Positions 11,103-21,702 of a stretch of DNA of 64,000 nt are shown one piece after another; positions within the stretch are counted from its first letter, which is position 1, and the number at the start of each line of letters is the position of its first letter. The translations under genes were made by a program, and so were the position numbers. The stretch lies in IMG/VR virus record IMGVR_UViG_3300035208_002115. The stretch is one strand, 5' to 3'. Below the pieces are notes generated by a model, which had not been told where the DNA came from, did no database searches, and was given only the letters and a program-made list of their open reading frames with translations. This DNA is from a virus. Its lineage: Duplodnaviria > Caudoviricetes.

Positions 11103-11282
11103 AATATTTAATTTAAGTTAAGTTATTAATATTCAGTTGATTATAGAAATTATATATTTATTTAATAAAATAATCACATGCAAAAATAATAAAAAAAAAT
11201 TAAAAAAAAATAAATTCAACTAAATATAACCACAAATTTATAATATATACTTTTATTATTAAAAAAATGTGAATGTAAATTT

Positions 11283-11789
11283 ATGATTATCAATAGATTA
11301 TGGTCTATGCCAAATAAAAATACTTTTTCTATAAAACCTATTAAAAATTTAATCGAAAAATATAACAGCTCCGATTTTTTAAGTATTGACCCATTTGCTA
11401 ATAATAGTAAAATTGCTAAAATAACAAATGATTTAGATACAACATATAACACGGATTATAATTTAGATGCGTTAGATTTTTTAAATTTATTTGAAAACAA
11501 TTCCATAGATTTCATTTTAAACGACCCACCCTATAACTTTTATCAATTAAATCAATGTTATAAAATATTCAACGATTCTAATCATCTTAATAATAATGAG
11601 GCATATTGGTTAAAATTGTTTGATTTGTATCAAAAAAAATTAAAAATAAATGGAAAAATTATAACTTTTAGTTGGAATTCATCGGGTGTTAATATATTTA
11701 ACAATTTAGAAATAGAAGAAATATTAATAGTACCGCATGGTGGAATTCATTATGATACAGTTTGTGTAGTTGAAAATAAATTATTTTAA
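11283..11789 (+). CDS. Small amino-(N6A/N4C) DNA methyltransferase
   Basis: IDPFA SAM-binding motif, DALDFL, NDPPY catalytic motif. Confidence 0.8.
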   Translation: MIINRLWSMPNKNTFSIKPIKNLIEKYNSSDFLSIDPFANNSKIAKITNDLDTTYNTDYNLDALDFLNLFENNSIDFILNDPPYNFYQLNQCYKIFNDSNHLNNNEAYWLKLFDLYQKKLKINGKIITFSWNSSGVNIFNNLEIEEILIVPHGGIHYDTVCVVENKLF

Positions 11790-12302
11790 ATGAAAATAAC
11801 AAGATATAAAGACGATAATAGATATGATGATTATACCAATCATCCTGAAATTTTAGAAAAAATTTCATTTTTTCTAAAAAAAACAGAAAATATAATATCA
11901 GTGAATCCATTTTCAGGAGATAATAAATTGGCAAGTATAAACAATGACATAAACAGTGTATATAATGTTGATTATCACTTAGATGCATTAGATTTTTTGA
12001 AAGAATTGAAAGATAAAAGTGTTGATATAATAATATATGACCCACCGTATAGTGCAACACAAATGATGAAATATTTTGACGATTTAAACATAAAACGTAA
12101 ATTACACCATACACGAACACAGTATTGGACTTTTCTGAAAAAAGAAATAACAAGAATTATTAAAACTAATGGTCATGTTATATCAATCGGATTTAATAGT
12201 GGTGGTATAGGGAAAACAAATGGGTTTGAAATAGAAGAATTAATAATAATCAATAATAAAACAAATAATGATATATATTGTGTTATAGAAAATAAAATAT
12301 AA
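11790..12302 (+). CDS. Small amino-(N6A/N4C) DNA methyltransferase, paralog of the upstream gene
   Basis: VNPFSG, DALDFL, YDPPY; colinear similarity to 11283..11789. Confidence 0.8.
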   Translation: MKITRYKDDNRYDDYTNHPEILEKISFFLKKTENIISVNPFSGDNKLASINNDINSVYNVDYHLDALDFLKELKDKSVDIIIYDPPYSATQMMKYFDDLNIKRKLHHTRTQYWTFLKKEITRIIKTNGHVISIGFNSGGIGKTNGFEIEELIIINNKTNNDIYCVIENKI

Positions 12303-12337
12303 TTTTTAATATATAACCTAAAAATAACACATTTAAT

Positions 12338-12580
12338 ATGGAAGATATTATGAAGTTTGAAAATTATACAGAAGAAGAACGTGATAATGGACTTGATTCT
12401 AAAGGTAAACCTATATCAGGTGCTGACAGATATCCAGAATTAGCTTATGTTGCACGACAAATATCTAAAGATGTAATTGCTAAAATAAACACTGAAGCTG
12501 ATAAAGTTGAATCTAAAATGCCATATAAATCACAATTTATATTGGAAGAATTAATAAAAATATTAGAAGAACTGGTGTAA
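12338..12580 (+). CDS. Small tagged protein, putative internal head protein
   Basis: N-terminus MEDIMKFENYTEE; TAATATATA at 12307-12315. Confidence 0.55.
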   Translation: MEDIMKFENYTEEERDNGLDSKGKPISGADRYPELAYVARQISKDVIAKINTEADKVESKMPYKSQFILEELIKILEELV

Positions 12581-12586
12581 ATCATT

Positions 12587-13042
12587 TTAATTTTTTGAAT
12601 ATAAAGCTGTAATTTTCAACTCTACACCATCACTAATTCTTGTTGAATAAAGAATCATAGTAGTTCCCCATAGATGAACAGTATATACCATTGAATCACC
12701 AATGGCTTCGGAAATAGGATGACTACTAATATATTCAACATAAATAGTATCACATTCAAATTTATATTTCCCACTAAATGTTATTATATTACCGTTTGCA
12801 TTAGATATATTCTCAAATGTAGTGTCTGTGATAATCTTTTGTATTTCATCTATATTTTTTGGTATATATGAACTTGTTTCAGTAGGCGAGACTGCCAATA
12901 ATTTTAAAAGATGCCAATTTCCTTTGATTGTTGAAACTGTTTCGATATAATCAGGTGTTTCATGATGGGGTGCTGGTTTAAAATGAAACCACACCAATAA
13001 AGAAATACAAATAACACTAAATACAATCAGAAAGGTTTTCAT
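12587..13042 (-). CDS. Membrane-anchored lipocalin-like protein
   Basis: N-terminal TM, IKGNWHL (GxW) motif, beta-barrel pattern. Confidence 0.5.
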   Translation of the reverse strand: MKTFLIVFSVICISLLVWFHFKPAPHHETPDYIETVSTIKGNWHLLKLLAVSPTETSSYIPKNIDEIQKIITDTTFENISNANGNIITFSGKYKFECDTIYVEYISSHPISEAIGDSMVYTVHLWGTTMILYSTRISDGVELKITALYSKN

Positions 13043-13101
13043 CGTAATAAAATTTTAAGTTACAGATTTAATATGACAAATATAAGAAATTTATTTAAAT
13101 A

Positions 13102-13131
13102 AAAAGCTGTCAGAATATATCTGACAGCTTT
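13102..13131. terminator. Intrinsic terminator
   Basis: aaagctgtcaga/tctgacagcttt perfect inverted repeat after the flotillin gene. Confidence 0.75.
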
Positions 13132-13155
13132 CTACATTTACATATTAAACTAAAA

Positions 13156-15057
13156 CTATTTAGATTCCTTTTTTGAAGGTTTGGCATCATCAGCTTTAGT
13201 TACATCAGTTTTAGGTGTATCAACAGTTATACTCTTACCTACATATTTAGCAACTTCTAAACCAAGAAGTGCATCAATAGCACTACCACCACCATTTTGA
13301 CCACCACCAACAATAACATCAGGTGTAATCTTAATATTTCCAGAAGATATGGCTTCAATAACTTTCAATTTAGCAAAGTTATCAGCCCCCATAGCATCAA
13401 CTGTTAATTGATAAGCTTCAGCAGTCGCTTTACCGATAGATAATGTTACTTCAGCTTTTGCGTTACCTTCTTGGGTAATTTTTTTAGCTGTTGCAGTAGC
13501 AGTTCTTTCGATAGCTTGTGCTTCACCTTCGGCCTGTAATATTTTAGACTGTTTTGTACCTTCAGCTTCTTTTACTTTCTGAGAAGCCACGTTTTGAGAT
13601 ATTACAACATTTTGGTCGGCTTCGACTAATCTTTCTTGCATATCGGCAACGGCTTTAGCTTTTTCAAATTCCTGACGAGTGGCCTGTGCATCTTTCTGAG
13701 TAATGAAAGTTGTTTTCTGTTCTTGTGCAATTTTTCTATCAGTCAATGTTGCCATAAGTTCTTTTGGTGGAACGATGTCACCAATAAGTGTATCAACAGC
13801 AGTAACATTATATTCATTCAACACTTTTGAAATATGTCCTTTGGCTTCAGTTTGACGTTCTCTACGTTCACCAAGGAATTGAATTACATCGCTATCTTGT
13901 GCTGAGTTACGGAAATAATTACCGATAGTTGGTTCAAGAACCTGAGAAATAAGATTCAACATATTTCCAAATCGGGCAATAACTTTTGAAGCCTCTTTTG
14001 ATGGTACATGGATAATCTGACTTATATCCAGATTAAATGTAAAACCATCTTTTGAACGAACTGTAATAGTTGAAAGGTTTTTATCAAGTTCATGACTTTC
14101 ATTCTTGCCAGTAGCCCAATTTAATACTAAGTTTGTTGTTGGTACTATTTCAACCTTTGTTGTAAGAGGATTGATTGGGTACTTTCCCGGGTCGAGTGGT
14201 TCATTCCACACACCTTTTTGTCCCCTTGTTACAATATTACCATGTTTAAAACCATCACCAGTTAGGTCTTTTCCTTCTTCTCCAACATATGATATAACAA
14301 CACCAACGTGTCCAATAGGAATAACTGTCATATCAAATTTTTGGACTCTTACAAACCAAGGATTCAGATAATACATACCAGATTGAATAACCTGTGATTG
14401 TAAACCTTTAAACCCACCATTTTTCAAAAATATATCAGCATTTTGAAATGACTCATGACTAAAAGTCATTTCACTACTTGCAATTTCAGATGCTGGAAGT
14501 GGTTTACCAGCAAGAGTTGTTACAACACCAATTTTATTTTGTTCAATAATCTCTGCATCAACAGCTTTAGCGATAAAAAGGAATGTATTAATTTTATAAG
14601 TACCTGCTGGTAAAATTTTAGTTTGTTTTCCTTTAAACCCACCACCTTCTAAGAATGCTGTTGCATCTTGGAAATTTTCACATTCAACATAGGTTGCTAA
14701 AATAGAACCTTCTGGAAGTGGTTTACCATCGATGGCTTCAATCAAACCCACCTGATGTTGGTCTACTTTAAAAAAACCAATCTCAGAAATTTTATATTTC
14801 CAAGGCCACAACCAAAAATGGACACCTGAAGATAAGTAAGGTGCTTGCATACCTGCTTCACCTTTAATTGCAACAATACCGTTCTCGATTTGAAGTGCGC
14901 CACCCCATAAACGGAATACTTTATTGACAAGACCAATCTTATCATCTGGTATAACAACTATACCGAACAATCTCATTAATGGTTTATAGGCTAAACCCAT
15001 TAACAGAACAACAAACCCCACTACAAAGTAGGATAAATAATTCATAAAAAAATTCAT
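13156..15057 (-). CDS. SPFH/flotillin family membrane protein
   Basis: N-terminal TM, repeated GxKGxQ modules, VRSKDGF SPFH motif, EA-rich coiled coil. Confidence 0.9.
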   Translation of the reverse strand: MNFFMNYLSYFVVGFVVLLMGLAYKPLMRLFGIVVIPDDKIGLVNKVFRLWGGALQIENGIVAIKGEAGMQAPYLSSGVHFWLWPWKYKISEIGFFKVDQHQVGLIEAIDGKPLPEGSILATYVECENFQDATAFLEGGGFKGKQTKILPAGTYKINTFLFIAKAVDAEIIEQNKIGVVTTLAGKPLPASEIASSEMTFSHESFQNADIFLKNGGFKGLQSQVIQSGMYYLNPWFVRVQKFDMTVIPIGHVGVVISYVGEEGKDLTGDGFKHGNIVTRGQKGVWNEPLDPGKYPINPLTTKVEIVPTTNLVLNWATGKNESHELDKNLSTITVRSKDGFTFNLDISQIIHVPSKEASKVIARFGNMLNLISQVLEPTIGNYFRNSAQDSDVIQFLGERRERQTEAKGHISKVLNEYNVTAVDTLIGDIVPPKELMATLTDRKIAQEQKTTFITQKDAQATRQEFEKAKAVADMQERLVEADQNVVISQNVASQKVKEAEGTKQSKILQAEGEAQAIERTATATAKKITQEGNAKAEVTLSIGKATAEAYQLTVDAMGADNFAKLKVIEAISSGNIKITPDVIVGGGQNGGGSAIDALLGLEVAKYVGKSITVDTPKTDVTKADDAKPSKKESK

Positions 15058-15126
15058 AGCTTTAAAATTTAGTTAATATGAAAAGTTAATAATAAAAATC
15101 AATAATATAATTATTGGAATTTTCAA

Positions 15127-15306
15127 TTAGAAAATATGTAATTTATCATTCAATAACCAGAGTAAAAACACAACACCTTCTATTCCAAGAATAAATCTTG
15201 AAAATCCATTCCACTCTGATACACTTAAATTCCAATTACATAATGATAAAAACAGGTAGGTGATTATAATCACCATCGCCCATGACATGATTTCACGAAT
15301 TTTCAT
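15127..15306 (-). CDS. Small two-TM membrane protein
   Basis: MKIREIMSWAMV...; promoter TACATTTG at 15340-15347 favours the ATG at 15306. Confidence 0.55.
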   Translation of the reverse strand: MKIREIMSWAMVIIITYLFLSLCNWNLSVSEWNGFSRFILGIEGVVFLLWLLNDKLHIF

Positions 15307-15413
15307 TTTGATATGTTTTATACAATGTTTAGTTACCACCAAATGTATAAATAAATATATTCACCAAGAATAAAACTGTAATATTTTTGTAAAATATTTT
15401 TGTAAATAAAAAA

Positions 15414-15432
15414 GACCGCCAAAAAGGCGGTC
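15414..15432. terminator. GC-rich terminator hairpin
   Basis: gaccgcc-aaaaa-ggcggtc flanked by A runs. Confidence 0.6.
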
Positions 15433-15542
15433 AAAAAATAAACAAATATGAAAATACAAATTAACCTTTATAATATTAGAAGTATATATTAATTTTTTTA
15501 TTAAAATAAATTGTATTTACTTAGCATCTTAAATATTAATTT

Positions 15543-16250
15543 ATGCAAGGAAAAATATTCGAATATATTATAAGTTACCAAACTTCTGGTTCAGGTGGAA
15601 TGGTAATAGTCTTACAAGTCGAAAAAGAGTTGTCGTATTTTCCTGTGATAAAATCTAAACAATTACACACCTCTATTAATACTGGTGGTGGGTTTTCAAA
15701 CCGAATTACTATTAATAAAGAATATTTGAATAAAGTTGAAGAATTCTTAAAAACTCAAAATATTGATAATTTTGATTTATTAATCGAATCATCAGATAGG
15801 TTAGCTATGATAACATCAGAAATCATGGCTAAACAATTACCTATTCAACCTATAACATTATCGTTGAAACCATTGAATAATTATACTCATGTTAAATTTA
15901 TTTCAAACCCTAAAAGGTATGAGATAAAAGGGGATGATATAGGCTCAAATTATTTTACTTCTTGTAAAATAACAAATAAACAAGTGAAAGTTGAAAAGGA
16001 TTATTCAACTGGTTATCAAAATAAAGAATTGTATTATATTACATTCACTAATATAAATTCTAATTCCAGTTATGATAATGGTTACGCTTATCTAAATCCA
16101 GATTTAACCTTAAAATATGGTACATTTAGTATAAACAGTTTGGACTCATCACCAATAAACAATGACCCCAAAGACGTATATTGTAAATTTCAATTATTCG
16201 GAAACGAACGGTTGTTAAAGATTGAAGAAATATTAAAAGATGATGAATAA
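15543..16250 (+). CDS. Hypothetical protein with C-terminal RxxKI motif
   Basis: Ends NERLLKIEEILKDDE. Confidence 0.6.
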   Translation: MQGKIFEYIISYQTSGSGGMVIVLQVEKELSYFPVIKSKQLHTSINTGGGFSNRITINKEYLNKVEEFLKTQNIDNFDLLIESSDRLAMITSEIMAKQLPIQPITLSLKPLNNYTHVKFISNPKRYEIKGDDIGSNYFTSCKITNKQVKVEKDYSTGYQNKELYYITFTNINSNSSYDNGYAYLNPDLTLKYGTFSINSLDSSPINNDPKDVYCKFQLFGNERLLKIEEILKDDE

Positions 16251-16252
16251 TA

Positions 16253-16861
16253 TCATTCCCATCTAAGACATCTTACAAAACCATCATCATGAATTTCATA
16301 TAAACCGAGACTATCCATAGTGGCATTATATACTGCACCAATATTACAAATTTGTTTAAATATTTTCATTAAAGTAAAATAATCACAATAATCTCCACCG
16401 AATTTTTTATACATTCCATTATCTATATGGTATTTATAAAGATAATTATCTTCCAGAATGAAATCTTCTATATCATCAAAATCAGAATAAATAATTTTAG
16501 AAAATATAGCACCATAGATATAATCCTTAAATGTTGGGTGTGTGTGACCTAATATTATTTCACATTTATGTTGTAAGGCATAAACAATAGATTTATATAG
16601 AAAATCATTTTGAAAAAAAGAACAATATGATTCAGTCCCAATAGAACCAACATCCATGTGAACAATTTTATAATTCTTTTTATAAAGAATAAATGGTATT
16701 TCTTTTTGTGTGTTAAGCGGTGAAAAGTCTATTTTTTTATCAATCTCATAAACACTGGCTGAAGTAGATATTTCATATGTTAACGTAGTATCACCATTAT
16801 ATTTCTCCAGTGTTTCATTTAAATTGTCAGTATTTAATAAAATATCATAAAAGTTATTCAT
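16253..16861 (-). CDS. Possible JAB/MPN-like metalloprotein
   Basis: IILGHTHP (HxH) with downstream S and D residues and an upstream E (KEIPF). Confidence 0.4.
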   Translation of the reverse strand: MNNFYDILLNTDNLNETLEKYNGDTTLTYEISTSASVYEIDKKIDFSPLNTQKEIPFILYKKNYKIVHMDVGSIGTESYCSFFQNDFLYKSIVYALQHKCEIILGHTHPTFKDYIYGAIFSKIIYSDFDDIEDFILEDNYLYKYHIDNGMYKKFGGDYCDYFTLMKIFKQICNIGAVYNATMDSLGLYEIHDDGFVRCLRWE

Positions 16862-17003
16862 GATTTTTGTTTTATAATTATAGATTATTATTCATAAAAA
16901 GTTTTAAACAAAAAAGACCAACATTAATGCTGGTCTTCTGGATATATAGAAAAGGTTAGGGTTAATGTATTATTTAAAATGAGTACTAAGTTAACTATAA
17001 AAA

Positions 17004-17288
17004 TTATTTTCCAAAAATTTTAAGAAAATCTTTAAAATATATTATCAATATCTTATTTGTATAATAAATAGATGTATATATACCCACAGATACCATCAAT
17101 AAATATACGATAAGAAAAGAGAATACAAATAATTCTGTTCCGATTCCATTACAACTCGGACTCAAATATGAACCAAAAAACCATAAAGCTTTTGTTAAAC
17201 TACTATGTGGAAAATAAACGTTGAATAATATAAAAAACAGAACTCCAACTAATAAATAGTTGTATATTCTACGTTTAAAAATATACAT
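17004..17288 (-). CDS. Small membrane protein
   Basis: Two to three hydrophobic segments. Confidence 0.5.
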   Translation of the reverse strand: MYIFKRRIYNYLLVGVLFFILFNVYFPHSSLTKALWFFGSYLSPSCNGIGTELFVFSFLIVYLLMVSVGIYTSIYYTNKILIIYFKDFLKIFGK

Positions 17289-17290
17289 GA

Positions 17291-17749
17291 TTATTCCTTT
17301 ATTAAATTTCGGTCTGTACCTAATGTTTCAGCATTAGCATCCTGAATGACATCCAAAAATGAATAAGTGTTACCAGAAAAAGCATACCCTAACATTATAT
17401 TACTCAGGCTCGAATTCATATTATAACTGAAACCTTGCATTTGGATAAATTCATTAACACCTGCTGGATTAAATTTAACCATTTTTGATACAATAACTTT
17501 GGCCTCAGATGGGATTGTGACTTTTACAGGTAAGGTGGAAACATAGGCAACTTTAACTAATACACCTGTGCGATACCAGCCCGGTTTATCTTGAACTTTT
17601 ATTTCTCCGTTATAAGAATTGTATGCCACCCCTATTTGATTAACACTGGTATGATTCAAACAAAATATCCAGAAAAAGAATAAAAATACGATGGTCACTG
17701 CTATTAATACCAAGAAGATGTTTAAAGATATTCTAATTTTGTCACCCAT
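17291..17749 (-). CDS. Short SPFH/band-7-like membrane protein
   Basis: N-terminal TM then QIGVAYN...PGWY, typical of an SPFH N-terminus. Confidence 0.5.
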   Translation of the reverse strand: MGDKIRISLNIFLVLIAVTIVFLFFFWIFCLNHTSVNQIGVAYNSYNGEIKVQDKPGWYRTGVLVKVAYVSTLPVKVTIPSEAKVIVSKMVKFNPAGVNEFIQMQGFSYNMNSSLSNIMLGYAFSGNTYSFLDVIQDANAETLGTDRNLIKE

Positions 17750-17879
17750 AGCTTTAAGTATTTATTTAAAAATTTATACCACAAATATATAATTTTTTAT
17801 TAATACAATATATAAATTGATAAAAAATATTTATATTTACCATCGATTATAATATATTTTTTATATATTTTTAATAGAA

Positions 17880-18089
17880 ATGAGTAGAACAAAAGGTAGC
17901 GGTTGGGGAGCTGGTGTAATATTATATCAGAAATGCCCTAAATGTGAAAAGAAGAAAGCATATTATGACCCTGTTAATTATGGCGGTCATAGTTTTAAAT
18001 GTACATGGTGTGGAAATTTATTTTACTCAGATATACTTTTAAGTTATAAATACGCTGAACAGATAGATAGGTTGAAAAAAATAAAATAA
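17880..18089 (+). CDS. Zinc-ribbon protein
   Basis: CPKC...CTWC. Confidence 0.6.
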   Translation: MSRTKGSGWGAGVILYQKCPKCEKKKAYYDPVNYGGHSFKCTWCGNLFYSDILLSYKYAEQIDRLKKIK

Positions 18090-18090
18090 C

Positions 18091-18258
18091 ATGGGAAAAA
18101 ATAAAAAACCTCATTTCAGACAAGTTAAATTGAATCAGATATTCGAATGTGAATATAAATTATATGCAATTGCAATACAATTAACTGCAAATGGAAATTC
18201 TAATTTATCTGGTGGTCGAAGCATATTTGAATTTATAAAACTTTACAGTGATGAATGA
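18091..18258 (+). CDS. 55-aa hypothetical protein (not in track)
   Basis: MGKNKKPHFRQVKLNQIF...SDE; fills the gap between neighbours and overlaps the next start. Confidence 0.5.
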   Translation: MGKNKKPHFRQVKLNQIFECEYKLYAIAIQLTANGNSNLSGGRSIFEFIKLYSDE

Positions 18259-18688
18259 ATATTCAAAAAGTAGTACCAATGGGTATATCAATACTATGAT
18301 AGAAGATAATGTTAATAAACTTTGTTTTCTTTATTTAGATAGTAAAGCCTTTAAAGAAAAAGTGATAACACATTTATCATTTCGATGGATTGAAATGTGT
18401 CAAGAAGAAATTATCAATGACCTTCTATTAACTGAAGAATATGATATTTATTTGTTAAAGCCAACAAATGGGTTCACTACATTATATAGTATATGTGAAT
18501 CAGGTAATATCGAAATTGTACCGTTTGATATTATTAAAGTTATTCCAATTTCAGCTTGGGATGAAAAAATTCTGGATAATAAAAACAGTACAGATATGAC
18601 CAAATATGAAATAAAAACCTTGAAAGAATTTCTTCTAAGCAAAAGAAAAACTCCCAAGTATGTTAAAGAATATCTATTATCTATTTAG
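18248..18688 (+). CDS. Hypothetical protein
   Basis: ORF track, operon packing. Confidence 0.55.
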   Translation: MMNEYSKSSTNGYINTMIEDNVNKLCFLYLDSKAFKEKVITHLSFRWIEMCQEEIINDLLLTEEYDIYLLKPTNGFTTLYSICESGNIEIVPFDIIKVIPISAWDEKILDNKNSTDMTKYEIKTLKEFLLSKRKTPKYVKEYLLSI

Positions 18689-19331
18689 TATTATCAGTCA
18701 AATAAACAACTTCTAATTGGGTTGAAATGTCACCAACTTTAATGAAATCACAAAAGTTAGAACTTTCATCATAACAAAATAAAAGGTTAGTGATATCTGT
18801 CGTATTATTTCTTCGATATAAATAAACTCGGTCTTTCAATGATTCCACTATAATAAATTCTGTATTTAATATTTTTTCTTTTAATATTTCAGATATTTTA
18901 GAATTCGTAAATATAACATTCGCTAACCCAATCCGACCATTAACAGCGATATTATTACCAGCAAGTAATACAGTAGTTGTAAGCTTTCTTACCGTTTCAA
19001 TGTTTGATAAATCTGAAATATTAACTGAAAAGTTTATTTCCCGTTTTTTATTAAACATCAAACCATCAAATATATCTATGACTAAATTGACTACATCATC
19101 ATAATCATATTTAGATAATGTTTTTTGCATATTTATTTGTAAGTTGTTTAAAGTCATTTCAAGTTTATTAGATTTAAGTTCAACTTCTTTCATTTCCAAG
19201 AATTTTATTTGTTGACCATTTTTTGCTTCGGTGGTTTTTAAGAATTTATCCACCCTGATTATGTCCGTTTTATTCATGATATTTATTTGTTTTTTATTTA
19301 GTAAATTGATAAATTTTTTCAATATCTTCAT
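18681..19331 (-). CDS. Hypothetical protein
   Basis: ORF track. Confidence 0.55.
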   Translation of the reverse strand: MKILKKFINLLNKKQINIMNKTDIIRVDKFLKTTEAKNGQQIKFLEMKEVELKSNKLEMTLNNLQINMQKTLSKYDYDDVVNLVIDIFDGLMFNKKREINFSVNISDLSNIETVRKLTTTVLLAGNNIAVNGRIGLANVIFTNSKISEILKEKILNTEFIIVESLKDRVYLYRRNNTTDITNLLFCYDESSNFCDFIKVGDISTQLEVVYLTDNTK

Positions 19332-19482
19332 CAGTCATATAAACTAATAATTCCCCCAGTTTTTTACAATCTATGTTACCACCAAATTTATCTTCACCAT
19401 TACTATATACATATTGTTTACCTCCATAATGTGGTAACCCCCTACTTTTAACCTATTTGTCTTAACAAAATAATCAATTAAT

Positions 19483-19854
19483 TTATTCGACTTCATGATA
19501 TGTTTTTTTTATATATTTTTCCCATTCTTTCAACATCCTTGGAAAACTTTTTCCGTCACTGTATAATTCATTCTTTACTACAACAATCGGTTTTTTTAGA
19601 ATAAAGGCCATACCCAAATCGAAATGTAATCCTTTGGATTGATTATTATAAAAAATATGTATTTCATCAGCCTTTTTAATATATTTCATGTTTTGTTTAC
19701 ATATTTCATAACCACTTTTACTCTGATTATCATCCTGATGAGGTAATTGAACCTTATAACCTTTATTTTTAAGTTCAATTACATATTCTTCCAGTTGTTG
19801 TCTAACCTCATCACTCATCACTCTCATATTACATAAAATGTATATTTTCTTCAT
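19483..19854 (-). CDS. Nucleoside 2-deoxyribosyltransferase-like protein
   Basis: GYKVQLPH...IKKADEI...SKGLHFDLGMAF...KPI pattern. Confidence 0.7.
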   Translation of the reverse strand: MKKIYILCNMRVMSDEVRQQLEEYVIELKNKGYKVQLPHQDDNQSKSGYEICKQNMKYIKKADEIHIFYNNQSKGLHFDLGMAFILKKPIVVVKNELYSDGKSFPRMLKEWEKYIKKTYHEVE

Positions 19855-20023
19855 TCATAAAAAGTTTATTTTTATAATTTCATCGATTTTATTAAAATCA
19901 TAATAAAGTATTCTTATCAATCTAATATTTTTACTCTTACAAAAAAGGTTCTATTAATTTATAATTTTTCTCTTTACACCTATCTAATACTTTTTTAATA
20001 TTTTCATTTTTATTTATTTTCAC
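19855..20023 (-). pseudogene. Internally deleted homing-endonuclease remnant (DUF559/Vsr-like C-terminus)
   Basis: GTG overlaps the helicase stop: MKINKNENIKKVLDRCKEKNYKLIEPF; other frame FCKSKNIRLIRILYYDFNKIDEII...*. Confidence 0.5.
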
Positions 20024-21702
20024 TAATAATATTTAATTTTTAAATGCTTAACTGCATCAACTACATATTTTGGTAAAAAATCACTAACAAGTACATCTGA
20101 GAAACTGGAATCTAAAACAATTGTATGCGCCCAGTCGTCCTCAGAACGGATGCTTCTACCATATTGCTGAACTAAATCAACAATAGTTTTCCATCGATAC
20201 CAATCTGGATTTGTCTGTTGTCTTTTCTTTACTAACTTAGATTTTATATTTGGATATGGGATTTTCATTATTATTTGAAAACGACTTAATTCATCTTTTA
20301 AATCAATCCCCATCATCATACTGGGAGATATTAAAACCGTAGGATAACTACTATTCACATGTTGATTCAACTTATCATTTCTATTGGCTGTATCATGTAC
20401 AATAATTCTATCTTTAAACTCAGTTTTACTCAAATCATTATTTAACCATGTCGCTAATTCATAATTAAATGTATGAATAATACCTTTATCAGTACTATAC
20501 TTATTTAAAGTTTTCTTTATATATTCTAAATGATACTGGTAACTTGATTCCTTTTCCTTGTAAGTCATTTTACCAGCCTTTATATAATAAATAGGTCTGT
20601 TTTGAACTGGAAATGGTGATGGTATTTCATAATACTTGGTTATTTTTTCATCCAACCCATTTATAGAACAAAATAATTTTTTATTTAAAATAGTAGCAGA
20701 CATGAATATAACATGGTCGTATTGTTCCAATGCATATTTTGGAATATAATCACTACCCCATACTGGTTGAATAACTAAGGATTTGTACTCACCTTCTTCT
20801 TTTTTCCTTTTATCTTTTTTGTAAACAGTTTCTAATATCCAATTTTCTGGATTGTTATTGAATTCAGTAACAAATAAATCCAAGGAATTAAATTTAGACG
20901 TAGTTTCTCTTGCCTGTGCAGCCCATTTTTTATAAGTATCAGTTGGTATCGACTTACCATGTGCCTCTGCATCAGTCATTTCACTCTTTAAAAATTTTAA
21001 TCTTTTATCTAAGTCTGGGAGAAATACCCTATTAATTGTATCTACCAAGGATAAAATATCATTTGTTGAAGCAATTATATTTCTATACTCATTTATTTTT
21101 GTTTGTTCAAACCCACATTTTATAAATACATTTATATTTAATTCAGTGGTCATATAGTCGCAAAACACTTGGTCAAAGTCGGATGCTTCATCAACAATTA
21201 AAACATTACTTTCCCGTGACTGTTTAAAAGAAGTATTAAAAATACTGGCAATATCAAACATATGAAAGTTGGTCATAGATACTCGGCTACCTATAAAATT
21301 TGATAATGCTATCATGTAAGGGCAATTATCGCATCTTTTTTTCTTGGCAGAACAAATTTCCATACCTTCATCACAAGTTGTATTATACAAATCACATGGA
21401 TAATTAACTCGGCCTTTAAGATTTCGTATGTATGGAAATTCCTTAATATATTGTTCTTGCAGTAATTTAGAATTTGTCAGAACATCAAATTTAGCATTTT
21501 CATTAACATGATTTAAATACCAGTTTATGAACATAGTAGCTAAAAAACTTTTGCCAACACCTGTCGGCAAATTCAGTAACATATATTTATTACCAGTTAA
21601 TATAGCTTTTTTAATAAAATTGACCCCATCTATCTGCTGTTGTCTGGGTTCATATTTTAAATCATAATAAAGCTGATATTTACCATCTTCGAATTCAACC
21701 AT
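20023..21702 (-). CDS. DinG/XPD-family SF2 helicase
   Basis: Q-motif PRQQQ, PTGVGKS, Fe-S cysteines, IVDEA, MSATI, GIDL, QQYGRSIRS. Confidence 0.9.
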   Translation of the reverse strand: MVEFEDGKYQLYYDLKYEPRQQQIDGVNFIKKAILTGNKYMLLNLPTGVGKSFLATMFINWYLNHVNENAKFDVLTNSKLLQEQYIKEFPYIRNLKGRVNYPCDLYNTTCDEGMEICSAKKKRCDNCPYMIALSNFIGSRVSMTNFHMFDIASIFNTSFKQSRESNVLIVDEASDFDQVFCDYMTTELNINVFIKCGFEQTKINEYRNIIASTNDILSLVDTINRVFLPDLDKRLKFLKSEMTDAEAHGKSIPTDTYKKWAAQARETTSKFNSLDLFVTEFNNNPENWILETVYKKDKRKKEEGEYKSLVIQPVWGSDYIPKYALEQYDHVIFMSATILNKKLFCSINGLDEKITKYYEIPSPFPVQNRPIYYIKAGKMTYKEKESSYQYHLEYIKKTLNKYSTDKGIIHTFNYELATWLNNDLSKTEFKDRIIVHDTANRNDKLNQHVNSSYPTVLISPSMMMGIDLKDELSRFQIIMKIPYPNIKSKLVKKRQQTNPDWYRWKTIVDLVQQYGRSIRSEDDWAHTIVLDSSFSDVLVSDFLPKYVVDAVKHLKIKYY

